A stretch of 64,000 nt of DNA from Desulfomonilia bacterium (lineage in GTDB: Bacteria; Desulfobacterota; Desulfomonilia; UBA1062), in the NCBI GenBank assembly GCA_963664325.2, contig CAXXDQ010000003.1, positions 640,001 to 704,000 on the forward strand, in the 5' to 3' direction. Below, one piece after another: positions 22,266 to 32,944 of this stretch. Under the pieces are notes generated by a model. That model was not told the DNA's origin. It worked only from the letters and a program-made list of their open reading frames with translations, and searched no databases. How positions within the stretch are numbered: the stretch's first letter is position 1; each line of letters opens with the position of its first letter. The position numbers were made by a program, and so were the translations under genes.

Positions 22266-23282
22266 ATGAAAGAGGCAAGGTTCTGGACAAAAAGAGATGA
22301 CGGTGCTGTTCGCTGCTCGCTCTGTCCTCATAACTGCATCATCAAGGAAGGGGCAAGGGGCATATGCGGGGTGCGCGAAAACAGGGGCGGGGTTCTGTAT
22401 TCGCTCGTCTGGGGGAAGGCGATCGCAGCAAGCATTGACCCGATTGAAAAAAAACCCTTATTCCATGTGCTTCCCGGCTCAAAGGCATTCTCAATTGCAG
22501 CAGTGGGCTGCAATCTTAAATGCTCGTTCTGCCAGAACAGCGACATTTCCCAATACCCGGCCGAGACCGGTAAGATAACAGGCCGGGAAATGCCGCCCGA
22601 AACCGTAGTAAAAGAGGCGGCGGAACATTGTTGCGAGTGCATCTCGTACACCTACACAGAGCCAACGGTTTTCATGGAGTATGTCCTCGACATATCCAGG
22701 CTGGCAAGAGAGAAGGGCATACTAAACACCATTGTCACGAACGGCTTCACATCTGTGGATGTAATAAAATCAGAATTTCCGGGCCTGATGGATGCTGCAA
22801 ATATTGACCTGAAGGCGTTCACCGACCGTTTTTACCGCAAGCTTTGCAAAGCGAGGCTGGCCCCTGTCCTTGATGCGGTAAAGGCTTATCATGACTCAGG
22901 CGTCTGGATCGAGATCACCACGCTTCTCATCCCGGGGGAGAACGACAGCGCCGAAGAGGTTCGTGACATCGCCAGATTTATCAAATCCCTCAGCGCGGAC
23001 ATCCCCTGGCACATAAGCCGATACTACCCTCGATACCGCTATGACAAGGCACCTTCCACGCCGCCTGCTTCCCTGGAAAAGGCCAGGGAGGCAGGCCTGG
23101 CCGAAGGGCTTAATTACGTCTACACGGGCAACGTCCCGGGCACTGCAAGCGAAAACACCTATTGTCCTTCATGCGGGAATATAGTCCTGAGGCGGATGGG
23201 CTTTTCTGTCCTCGAAAACAGGCTCAAGGGCAATCTCTGTTCAAACTGCAGGAACGAAATAGCAGGAAGGTTTAAGAAGTAG
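22266..23282 (+). CDS. amrS: AmmeMemoRadiSam system radical SAM enzyme
   Basis: N-terminal CSLCPHNC, DPIEKKPLFH, GCNLKCSFCQN and YTYTEPT. Confidence 0.9.
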   Translation: MKEARFWTKRDDGAVRCSLCPHNCIIKEGARGICGVRENRGGVLYSLVWGKAIAASIDPIEKKPLFHVLPGSKAFSIAAVGCNLKCSFCQNSDISQYPAETGKITGREMPPETVVKEAAEHCCECISYTYTEPTVFMEYVLDISRLAREKGILNTIVTNGFTSVDVIKSEFPGLMDAANIDLKAFTDRFYRKLCKARLAPVLDAVKAYHDSGVWIEITTLLIPGENDSAEEVRDIARFIKSLSADIPWHISRYYPRYRYDKAPSTPPASLEKAREAGLAEGLNYVYTGNVPGTASENTYCPSCGNIVLRRMGFSVLENRLKGNLCSNCRNEIAGRFKK

Positions 23283-23535
23283 TTTTAATGGAAAAGGCAT
23301 AGATATCCATGAATGCGGGATCAGGTTTAAGGTCTGCTTATATATTGAGCCTGCAATTCAACAGGTTTTATAAAAAGTGACGCTTCTTGAAAATTATTAT
23401 AAAATAATTAAACCGCAAGGGGTTTTCAGCAGTGAGCACTGAAGTATTTACAACAGGTTTTTTTTAGGTTTTACTCACCAATTATAGCTATCAGCTCATC
23501 ACTGTTACTGATAACAAAAAGGGAAGGCTTGGAAG

Positions 23536-24876
23536 ATGTCAAAATCCGATACAGATAACGAAAAATTCAGAACAGGCTGGGAGATGCTTAAGGGCAAAGA
23601 AAAGAAAATAGAAGCCTATTGCCGGGGCTATATGGATTTCCTGTCCAGGGCCAAGACAGAACGCGAGGCTGTGCAGTTTGTCTCGTCAAAACCTTCTGAC
23701 GGCATCATTGCATTTGAAAACAGGGGCAGGTCGATTGCCCTGTGTAAAAAAGGCAAGGCCCCGATGTCTTCGGGGGTGAGAATCATAGCTGCTCATATCG
23801 ACAGTCCGAGGCTTGACCTGAAGGCAAGGCCCCTGTACGAGGACACCGGCATAGCCCTGCTGAAAACACACTACTACGGCGGGATAAAAAAATATCAGTG
23901 GCTTGCCAGGCCACTTGCCCTTCACGGAATAATTGCAAAGTCCGGCGGAAGAACAGTGGAGATAACAATAGGCGAAAATGGGGATGAGCCGTGTTTCGCC
24001 ATCGATGACCTGCTGCCTCATCTTTCATACAAGGTTCATAACGATAAAAAAGTTGCAGACGCCTTTCAGGGTGAAAAGCTCAATATCATCATCGGCTCAA
24101 TTCCTGATTTAAAAATTAGGGATGGAGGGGTTAAGAAAAATATCCTTTCCCTCCTGAAAGCGAAATACGGCATCACAGAGGAAGACTTTGTTTCAGCTGA
24201 TATCGAGATAGTGCCTGCAGGGCCGGCACGTGAAGTTGGCCTTGACCGGTCGATGATCGGCGGTTACGGCCAGGATGACAGGATTTGCGCCTGGGCGGCA
24301 TTTGCAGCTGTCAACACTTCAGGCAAACTCCCGTTCACCTCCATCGTATTGCTTGCAGACAAAGAGGAAACGGGCAATGAGGGAAACACAGGCATAAAGA
24401 GCCATTTCCTGCAGGAGGTTATCTACGGCCTTTCAGAAAGATTTATGGAACCCCTGGCGCCGGACAGGGTTCTTTACAAAAGCAGGGCGGTTTCCGCAGA
24501 CGTGAATGCCGCTTTCGACCCGGATTATCCCGAAGTGCATGAAAAGGCCAATGCGGCAAAGATGGGTATGGGCGTGTGCCTGACCAAGTTTACCGGCTCG
24601 CGCGGCAAGTCGGGTACAAGCGAGGCCTCCGCGGAATACATTGGCTGGGTTCGCGGTATCCTGAATAAAAGGCGGATTCCATGGCAGACAGGAGAGCTCG
24701 GCCGGGTAGATGAAGGTGGAGGCGGTACCATTGCAAAACACCTTGCTGCATATGGCATGGATGTTGTGGACCTGGGGCCTGCACTGTTGTCAATGCACTC
24801 GCCTTTTGAGCTTGCAAGCAAGGCGGATGCATATTCCGCCTACCTTTCTTATCTTGCATTCCTGGAGGAAAAATGA
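23536..24876 (+). CDS. M18 family aminopeptidase
   Basis: AHIDSPRLDLK, HYYGGIKKYQW, GQDDRIC, DKEE and SMHSPFE. Confidence 0.9.
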   Translation: MSKSDTDNEKFRTGWEMLKGKEKKIEAYCRGYMDFLSRAKTEREAVQFVSSKPSDGIIAFENRGRSIALCKKGKAPMSSGVRIIAAHIDSPRLDLKARPLYEDTGIALLKTHYYGGIKKYQWLARPLALHGIIAKSGGRTVEITIGENGDEPCFAIDDLLPHLSYKVHNDKKVADAFQGEKLNIIIGSIPDLKIRDGGVKKNILSLLKAKYGITEEDFVSADIEIVPAGPAREVGLDRSMIGGYGQDDRICAWAAFAAVNTSGKLPFTSIVLLADKEETGNEGNTGIKSHFLQEVIYGLSERFMEPLAPDRVLYKSRAVSADVNAAFDPDYPEVHEKANAAKMGMGVCLTKFTGSRGKSGTSEASAEYIGWVRGILNKRRIPWQTGELGRVDEGGGGTIAKHLAAYGMDVVDLGPALLSMHSPFELASKADAYSAYLSYLAFLEEK

Positions 24877-25520
24877 AGGAGAATGTTCTTGGTCATACAG
24901 CTTCCCTGCTGGGTGGAGTGATCCACAACCTGAATACCCCGCTTATGTGGATAATGGGGCGCTCGCAGCTCCTTATGGCTAGAAATGATGCCTGGGAAAA
25001 GCTCAAGACCATGTCCGATGAAGATTTCTTCAAGACTAAAGACAAAAACACAAAAGACCTCGACTCGATAAACCAGGGAACGGAAAAGATTGACGCCATT
25101 TTAAAAAACCTCAGCTATAAGGTGCAGATGGCGACCGAAGGGTTCGCGGCAATAGAAATAAGGGAATATCTTGTGAACGAGATGGATTTCATGCTTGCAG
25201 ACATGAGGTTCAAGCATGAAACAAAACTTGAATTGAAGATTGACGATTCAAGGACGTTTTATACAAAACTTGATTACAACGCCCTCTCATGGGCGATGAC
25301 CTCGATCATCGGTATCATCATGGGCTCATCTGAAAAGGGCAGGACCATAAGGGTCGGATTTTCTGGGGACACAATCGTTGTTACCTGCCCTGAAATTATT
25401 TTTAATGAGGAATTAAAAGCTGCAGTAGAGTCCGCCTGTGCCAGCCTCAGGGAGTATTCGGCCGTTTCCGTTTGCGATACGGAAGGCATGACAGTAAGAA
25501 TGAAGCTGAAAGGCGATTGA
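24873..25520 (+). CDS. histidine-kinase-like protein (H-box present, ATPase boxes not recognisable)
   Basis: [12 protein letters not shown]-box; no clear N, G1 or G2 boxes. Confidence 0.55.
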   Translation: MKENVLGHTASLLGGVIHNLNTPLMWIMGRSQLLMARNDAWEKLKTMSDEDFFKTKDKNTKDLDSINQGTEKIDAILKNLSYKVQMATEGFAAIEIREYLVNEMDFMLADMRFKHETKLELKIDDSRTFYTKLDYNALSWAMTSIIGIIMGSSEKGRTIRVGFSGDTIVVTCPEIIFNEELKAAVESACASLREYSAVSVCDTEGMTVRMKLKGD

Positions 25521-25966
25521 TGTCTGGGCAAAAAATCATCTGCCCTCATTGCGGAAAGACCACGGATAGATACCTGAGCCCCTCGCCGACTGTGGATGTG
25601 ATAATAGAGACAGGTGGAGGGATTGTTCTTATAAAAAGAAAGAATCCGCCTCACGGATGGGCGATTCCCGGAGGGTTCGTGGATTACGGAGAAAGCGTCG
25701 AGCAGGCAGCCATCAGGGAGGCAAAAGAGGAAACAGGCCTTGACGTATGCCTTAGCGGGTTGATCGGCGTGTATTCCGACCCGGCACGGGACCCGCGCTT
25801 TCACACGATCTCGACTGTTTTTACTGCAACCGCAGAAGGCATGCCAGAAGGCCTTGACGATGCTGCGGAGGCGTGTGTTTTCAAGCTTAATGACCTGCCC
25901 GGACCCCTCGCCTTCGATCATGCCAGAATCCTGGCCGATTACGCAGCCCGAAAAAACCGTATGTAA
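25520..25966 (+). CDS. NUDIX hydrolase
   Basis: Nudix box [24 protein letters not shown]; N-terminal CPHC and LAFDH. Confidence 0.9.
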   Translation: MSGQKIICPHCGKTTDRYLSPSPTVDVIIETGGGIVLIKRKNPPHGWAIPGGFVDYGESVEQAAIREAKEETGLDVCLSGLIGVYSDPARDPRFHTISTVFTATAEGMPEGLDDAAEACVFKLNDLPGPLAFDHARILADYAARKNRM

Positions 25967-26015
25967 AGGAAAAGAGTAGCCTTTGACTATTTAAGAATGA
26001 TGACGGAGTTTATGA

Positions 26016-28570
26016 ATGAAGGAAATCTACCTGATCGATGGCAGTTCCTATATCTACCGGGCGTTTTACGCCATGCGGAACCTGAATAATTCAAAAGGCT
26101 TGCCAACCAACGCCGTCTATATTCTGACAAGGATGCTTATAAAGCTGATCAAGGATAAGGCCCCGGAACACATGGTGTTCGTGCTTGATCCGCGCGGTCC
26201 CACGCACAGACACGAAAAGTACGGGGAATACAAAGCAACCCGGCAGAGGATGCCGGATGCTCTTTCAGTACAGTTTCCCTATATAATGGACGTGGTAAAT
26301 GCTCTCGGGATTCCGATCATACAGATGGAAAAGTGGGAGGCCGATGACATCATAGCGGCGCTGGCCGGAAAACTGTCCGGAGACAACAAGGTAGTGATCA
26401 TCTCAGGTGACAAGGACCTGATGCAGCTTGTAGGCGGCAATGTCGTCATGTGGGATACGCTTAAGGACGTACTTTATGATCCGGCAGGGGTTGAGCAGAA
26501 ATTCGGCGTCAGGCCGGAATACATTGCAGACCTGCTTGCAATCATGGGGGGACAGTTCGGACAACATCCCCGGAGTTCCGGGCATAGGGGAAAAAGGTGC
26601 ACTTGAACTTGTAAAAAAATACGGTCACATCAGCGAAATTATCGAGAAAACGGAGTCGATAAAACCTGAAAAGCTCAGGAAATCTTTCACGGAAAATGTC
26701 GACAAGGCTCTTATGAGCCTTGAGCTTGTCAGGCTTGACCATGATGTGCCTGTTGATCCTGATATGAATGAAATGAGTCTGAAGCCAGGCGATCAGGAAA
26801 GGCTTGCACAGCTCTTTTCCGAGCTCGAATTCAAAGGTCTTATGCCGGAGACCCCGTTGCAGCAGTCAGAACCCGTCCGGGAGATCAGAATTGAACAGGG
26901 GTTTCCGAACGAGTTTAAAGGCGCTGCCGGGCTTTATTCAATTTCCGGCATGGGCAGCTGCCTTTATGACGGGAAAAGGGCATGGACATCTTTTGATGAT
27001 AAGGAGGCGCTGAATATTTTATCCGGTCCGTCGGCTGAGATAATCATCCACGATGCAAAGGAGGCCATTGTAAGGGCGGGGATGAACGGCATGGCTGTAA
27101 AGGCAGGATTTTTTGATGTCATGCTTGCGGCATACTGCATTGACGCCGCAAACAACTCCGTAAGCCTTGAAACTCTTGCCTCTTCAAGGCTGGACAGGAC
27201 AGTACCTTCCATCAAGGACTTTCTCGGTTCAGGTAAGAATGCGCGTCATCCCGGACTTGTCCCTGATGACGAAAAGGCGTCATTCCTTGCCCGCGCACGC
27301 AAGCGCACTTTTTGAACTGAAGCCCGGACTTTCGGCTGACATGAAAGAAGCAGGCGTTGAAAAGCTCTTTAATGAAATAGAGATGCCGCTCACATATGTA
27401 CTGGCCGACATTGAAGGGCTGGGCATGCTCGTCGATAAAGATGTCCTTTCCCATCTGTCCGTAGAGATAACAGAACAGATTGCGCTTACGGAGAATGACA
27501 TATACGGTCTTGCGGGCAAAACCTTCAACATCAATTCACCGATGCAGCTTTCAAAGATACTCTTCGAGGAACTGGGTCTGCCTGTCGTCAAAAAGACAAA
27601 AACAGGGGCGTCAACCGACAGCGCGGTTCTGGAAACGCTTGCATCTAAGCACGATCTGCCCGCCAAGATCCTGGAGTACAGGGGGCTTTTCAAACTCAAG
27701 AACACCTATGTCGATACGCTTCCTAATATGATCGATAAAAAGACCGGCAGGGTGCATACGCGACTGAACCAGGCGGTTGCGGCGACAGGCCGGATTTCAT
27801 CCTCTGACCCCAATCTGCAGAACATACCCATACGTTCCGCCATTGGCAGGAGGATCCGCGAGGCCTTTATCCCGGCTGAAGGCTTTACGCTTCTAAGCGC
27901 GGATTATTCTCAGATCGAGCTGAGAATTCTTGCTCACATCACAAAAGACCCGGCCCTTGTCGAATCATTCATGGCAGACATTGACATACATACGCGTACG
28001 GCTTCGGAGGTGTTCGGTGTTGCGCTGAACGAGGTCACTCCCGACATGAGGCGGTACGCCAAGACCATAAACTTCGGCATCATCTACGGAATGGGGCCGC
28101 ACAAGCTCTCAATCGAGCTGGGCATAAAGCAGTCGGTGGCGAAGCAGTACATTGAAAATTATCTGGCCAAGTATCCCGGAGTCCGGGAGTATATGGAAAA
28201 AATGTCGGAAGCCGCTTCTTCTTCAGGCTATGTGACGACTCTTCTCGGGAGGCGCCGCTCTCTTCCTGAGATCAACTCGCGCAATTTCAGCGAACGAGAG
28301 GGTGCGCGCCGCATGGCGATCAACACCCCGATTCAGGGAACCGCCGCGGACATCATCAAGATCGCCATGATAAACATAAAGAAACGCATCGGGCATATGA
28401 AGTCACGCATGATACTTCAGGTGCACGACGAGCTTTTATTTGAGGCGGCGTTTGATGAACTCGACGGATTAAAAGCCATCGTCAAGCACGAGATGGAAAA
28501 TGCCTTCCCGCTGGATGTGCCGGTAACAGTTGAACTCGGCACCGGCAAAAACTGGGCCGAGGCGCACTGA
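26016..28570 (+). CDS. polA: DNA polymerase I, split by two +1 frameshifts (probable sequence error)
   Basis: 5'-3' exonuclease motifs LIDGSSYIYRAF and GDSSDNIPGVPGIGEK; polymerase motifs DYSQIELR, AKTINFG and LQVHDEL. The frames rejoin on removing one G at 26546-26551 and one C at 27290-27292. Confidence 0.93.
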
Positions 28571-28698
28571 GTAAAAAACCGGGATTAACGCCCGCACCTT
28601 AATAACTTTTAAGCAGAAAAACCAGATAGCCGGGTAACGTGTCTCAAGATTCAACAATTATTAAGACCTGACCTTTCCGGGTTGTGCATGCAGTTGTT

Positions 28699-29470
28699 CT
28701 ACTGTTTATAGTAAGGCATAGCCTGGGGTATGAAGGTCTTAAGGTCATGGATGCGGCGTTCATCAGCCGGATGGGTGGAGAGAAATTCCATGGTGTTTTT
28801 GGATTGCCCGGCCGACATGCGCTCGAAAAATTTGGGGGCTTCACGCGGGTCATAACCGGCTTTGGCCATGAGGATGATGCCGATATGGTCGGCTTCAAGT
28901 TCCTGTGACCTGGAAAACGGCAAGGTCATACCGACGGTTGTGCCCAGGCCGTAACCGAGATTGATGGCCTGGATGGCGGCCGGGCTCTGGTCGGCTATGG
29001 CAATGTTCAGGCCCTGTTGCCCGAGTTGGATCAAGAGCTGTTCGCTCATGCGCTCCCCGCCGTGGCGGGCAATGGCGTGGCCGACCTCGTGCGCCAGTAC
29101 AAACGCCAGGCCGTTATCGTCTTTTGTGTAGGGCAGGATGCCAGTGTAGACCGCCACCTTGCCGCCGGGCAGGGCAAAGGCATTTGCGGTCTTGGGGTCA
29201 TCGATAACCGTGAACTCCCAGGCATAATCCGGACGGTCGGCGGCCTTGGCGATGCGCGTACCCACGCGTTTGACCGTGGCATTTATCTGCGGATCGTGCG
29301 AGACCTTGGCCTTGGCGAGGACGTCCTGATATGATTTGAGCCCCAGCGCGATTTCATCGCTTTCGGGAACAATCAGAAGCTGCGACCGTCCGGTTATCGG
29401 TGCGGTTGCACCACCCCTGGATAATGATTAAAAGGAAAATCATCACAGCAGCTGTTTTCATCTTCTGCAT
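28699..29470 (-). CDS. M48 family metallopeptidase lipoprotein (one +1 frameshift near 29412)
   Basis: ANAFALPGGK, HEVGH, FSRSQELEAD and FLSTHP. The leader MQKMKTAAVMIFLLIIIQG joins C-ATAPITGRSQL after removing one base. Confidence 0.85.
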
Positions 29471-29639
29471 GGCAGAAACAGATATCTCCTTTTTGTTTCC
29501 CTGTAAAGAACCTCAGTACATTATGTTTTCTGGATGGCATCCATGGGTCAGTGAGAATTAAAGTCACAGGCATATTGTTTCGATAAAAAAACTGATGGCT
29601 TCGGCTGATTATCCCACATCGGAACTGAAAAACAGGGGA

Positions 29640-31721
29640 GGCTGCATAATAAAGGAGGCGTGCTCGAACAGACTGCTCGTAGCATGCATCCCTCACCGCC
29701 GCCTACATTCTGGCCAACATATACCTGCGCATTAGACCTTCCGGGAGTCACCAGGGTTGATCTTCGCCCCCAGGTCGTTCTCCTTATTGCTGCCGGCTAT
29801 TTCCTGGGGCCGGTTTATGGGTTCCTGACCGGGTTTGCAGGCGACCCTTCTGACCGCTTTTCTGCTTGGCTATGGCATGAGATATCTTCCAAGCTGGAAT
29901 ATCGGCAACGGGCTTATCGGCCTGCTCATCTGTCTGTACCCGTACAGGAAAAGCCCCAGGATCGAACGCATCAGCCAAATAGTGTTGCTGGTTATTTTCC
30001 TTATCATAGCGAACACGGTTTCACTTGCATATGCGGCAGGAATGGAGTTTGTCCTTCACAAGGATATGGCTTTCGCAACAGACATCAAATTGTTCTACCT
30101 GCCCGCCACCCCTTTCCAACATGTTGTGGGCTCTTGTGCTGTTTCCCCTGATCCTGCTCATTCTGGGGCGCCTTAAGAAAAATTATCCGATGAAACTTGC
30201 CCTGTCCAATTATTACCTTATTACGGCCTTGCTGGTCATCGCCGGTGTTATATTTCAATCCTGATTCAGTTTTCCGTCTGGCGGGTTTCAGAGCTATCAG
30301 CGCGGAGCAGGGAAATGCCATGGTCGAAGCATTTTTCCGAATGGGCGCTTATCCTCGCAGGGCTGTTGCTGGCAAGCCTTTTTATTTCAAGCTGGATGTC
30401 GGAAACGATAGTTGTCCCCATCGAAAGGATGGAAAAGGCTGTCCTGTCGGTGCTTAAAGGGGCCCCCGCTTCTGCGGACGAGCTTTCCCTCGCTTGCGAA
30501 GAGGGAGGACGAAATCGGCATCCTGAGCTATACGGTGAAGCCTGCTCAGCGAAAGGTTCCTGGAAACGGAAACCCTCTTCAGGAAAGAGCTTGAGAAGAA
30601 AATGGATTTCATCGATCCGGCCGACTCCGGTACGGATGTAATAATCTCGGCACTCGGGATCTCATCTTGGCGGTTCCGAACCGGCTGACATCGCCTATAT
30701 CGGCGGCACACGCGACATCAGCAATATTACGGCGATATCGCTTTCGGTTTCCGCCTGCGGGCTTAAAGAGCTGGCCGCGGCCTATACGGATGCCAAGATC
30801 GAGAAGAGTTTCGAGGAGATGGATCCCAATATTACGGGCGCTGTTTTGAGCAACGAACAGCGCCAGTTTCTGGCCGTGGCAATAGACGTCAATCTCACAT
30901 TCAAGGGAAGGCTCAAGGTTATGGATATAAAAGGACCGTTGAGCCGTGATTTCGCATTTCACCTTCTTGAAAGGGCGGATGCTTTCCTGACAAGCGGGAA
31001 GAATTATATCGGATATGTTACCGATCCCGATATCGTGAGCAAAATAGCAGGGAAATGGGAGGCCTCATCGAAGATAAGAAACGAAAGGCTTGAAGGGGTC
31101 TTGAACGGCGCCGTTAGTGATTCAGTCATTACCGGATATCAGGTCAAGAATGAATCAGACCTCGCAAACTTTGACCCTGATCTCAAGATCGTATACAGCC
31201 ACAGCAGTCTAAGGCACGTCACTCAGCTGATAGGACTGCTTTCTGGTGAGCATATTCAGGCCAAGCTGCAGCTCGAACCTAAAAAATCTTCATTCGTTTA
31301 CTTGAACGAATGGAAGAAGACTGAGGAACTGAATCTGGAAACGTCCGGCAGAGGAATCTCAATTGCACACAAGGATGAATTCGATATTGTCATGGAGTTC
31401 ACCTCGCGGAAAGACAGGGATAATTTCCGGCATCTGATTGAGTCATATGCAAAGGTTGAACTGGCGAAAGAGCAGAAGGTGCTTTTCGAATCGTGGTTCC
31501 AGCCGCTGTTCAGGTCGGACGTGCAACTCGAAGGATACGTACGCGTTGGTGAAATATTAATAAAAGAGAAAAGCCAAATCGCTTATGTCTATGTGAAGGA
31601 GCAGGAAACTCAAGAGAAGGCCGGATGGTTTGTTCGAAATGCTCCGGACATGGAGATTTCTATGACTTTCATATGGGTGAATCAAGCCTTCGCCAGATAC
31701 TTAAACGGTGATTATAGTTGA
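29640..31721 (+). CDS. ECF S-component-like membrane domain + HAMP + unknown C-terminal domain, broken by many frameshifts
   Basis: Colinear fragments across frames: LIAAGYFLGPVYGFLTGFAG, WNIGNGLIG, IVVPIERMEKA...REDEIGIL, then a 300-aa intact tail. The start is uncertain. Confidence 0.55.
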
Positions 31722-31826
31722 GTTAAGATACAATGTGGAAAGGATAAAGAAATAAATGAAAGAACCAACGGAGCAAACTTTTAAATAATATTTCTATATC
31801 AATCTTAAATCAGATATAGATCAAGA

Positions 31827-31851
31827 GCCCGGGGCAGGGGTATGACCCGCA
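31827..31851 (-). repeat. degenerate second copy of the tRNA-Leu 3' end (old att scar)
   Basis: GCCCGGGGCAGGGGTATGACCCGCA matches 32733-32757 at 21/25 positions. Confidence 0.65.
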
Positions 31852-31890
31852 TTTTAAGGCTGTTTTATTACATAACTGATTGATAATATT

Positions 31891-31935
31891 AGGGGCAGCC
31901 CCGAGATTACCTGTTAAAACTGATTGGTTGAGCAT
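31891..31935 (-). pseudogene. 5' remnant of a single-stranded DNA-binding protein gene
   Basis: AAGGAGG RBS then MLNQSVLTGNLGAAP, matching the SSB N-terminus pattern MLNxVxLxGNLGxDP; similarity stops there. Confidence 0.6.
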
Positions 31936-32202
31936 GTGGTCCTCCTTTCGACTGGGATTTTTAAAAGTCTGGTTGGTTATATGAATGAATATATATAGGG
32001 GAGGGGCTAAAATGAAAAAACGCCGGACCCATCGTTTCTGTGGAAATACCAAATTGATGCCTTAAGCTTCCTGTTCAGGAGGGAATTTTGGGGGAAATAC
32101 TAATCAATCATCATTATCTGCCGAAAAGCCAAAATATGATTAAAAACAATTGGGCTAGAGAGATTTGGGTAAAAACTGAAAAAAGAAAGGGGGAAATGGG
32201 AG

Positions 32203-32355
32203 ATGTTCAAATTAACGGGAAAAACTGAATATGGAGAAGTAATATACTTTAGATTTAACGAGATCAGGCAGATTGTGAAGGAAGCTGACCTGGTGCTCCT
32301 GGATAGACCCAGAGAAGCCTTCGTGAAATTATCCACAGTCGAGGTTGTGAAATAA
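32203..32355 (+). CDS. small hypothetical protein (50 aa)
   Basis: GGGAG-ATG, then MFKLTGKTEYGEVIYFRF...EVVK; below the ORF-track cutoff. Confidence 0.35.
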   Translation: MFKLTGKTEYGEVIYFRFNEIRQIVKEADLVLLDRPREAFVKLSTVEVVK

Positions 32356-32379
32356 GGGAAATAAAAATAGAAGGTTCAT

Positions 32380-32559
32380 ATGAAAGTAGTGGGTCAATCA
32401 GTCGCTCAAACAAATAAGGCAGTCAAGAAAACCAAGAAACAAAGAGCGCATCAAAGCCTGGTTGAAAAGAATTTGAAAGATCAACTTGAAGATCTGCAAT
32501 ATGTTGTGAGAATGGTGTTTATGGATATTTATTCCATGACTTCAAGAAGAAAATGGTAA
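32380..32559 (+). CDS. small basic hypothetical protein (59 aa)
   Basis: GAAGG then MKVVGQSVAQ...SRRKW; below the ORF-track cutoff. Confidence 0.35.
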   Translation: MKVVGQSVAQTNKAVKKTKKQRAHQSLVEKNLKDQLEDLQYVVRMVFMDIYSMTSRRKW

Positions 32560-32731
32560 GGAGTAAAATACAGTTCATGTGTATTAGTTCCGATCAAATC
32601 TGACAGGTGGGTACTCTATCTTCAACTACCCCCCAATCCTTGAATCGAAAATCGTACACATTGGAATCATGAACTAGCGGTGTACGAGTTCTGAGAATAA
32701 ATGAACCCGCATAAATACACGTTTTATAGAA

Positions 32732-32790
32732 TGCCCGGGGCGGGGGTCGAACCCGCACGGCCTCAGAGGCCGAGGGATTTTAAGTCCCTT
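32732..32790 (-). tRNA. 3' half of tRNA-Leu(TAA); att site, not a complete gene
   Basis: The minus strand reads AGGGA-CTTAAAA-TCCCT anticodon arm, a long variable arm, GCGGGTTCGACCCCCGC T-arm and CCCGGGCA acceptor. The D-arm and 5' acceptor strand are absent. Confidence 0.88.
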
Positions 32791-32830
32791 TATTACGCTT
32801 CACAGAGCTTCACGGTATTTCATTAGATTA

Positions 32831-32859
32831 TTGACAAACCAAGTAAAAAAGCCTATCTA
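32831..32859 (+). promoter_or_regulatory. putative sigma70 promoter of the integrase
   Basis: TTGACA, 17-bp spacer, TATCTA. Confidence 0.4.
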
Positions 32860-32903
32860 ACCTTCATGATGTTTCACTTTAGAAACCTAACCATCATTCA
32901 TAT

Positions 32904-32925
32904 TACTGGGGCAATACTGGGGCAA
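32904..32925 (+). repeat. tandem 11-bp repeat, probable integrase arm-type sites
   Basis: TACTGGGGCAA x2 between the att core and the integrase start. Confidence 0.6.
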
Positions 32926-32944
32926 ACTGCCGAGGGATTATTTT

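Noticed and set aside
22266-23282. Complete AmmeMemoRadiSam system
   Set aside because: amrA and amrB are not adjacent; a dispersed arrangement is unremarkable.
26016-28570. Programmed frameshifting or true pseudogenisation of polA
   Set aside because: The same single-base duplication pattern hits neighbouring unrelated genes; sequencing error is the simpler explanation.
28644-28675. AAGACCTGACC motif as the end of a REP/RAYT-type element
   Set aside because: It is a single short match with no partner end or transposase nearby; too weak to call.
288-31721. Numerous short antisense or nested ORFs in the ORF track
   Set aside because: They are shadows of well-supported genes and lack motifs or RBS support.
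32732-32790. Functional tRNA-Leu gene
   Set aside because: The D-arm and 5' acceptor strand are missing; it is kept only as an att duplicate.
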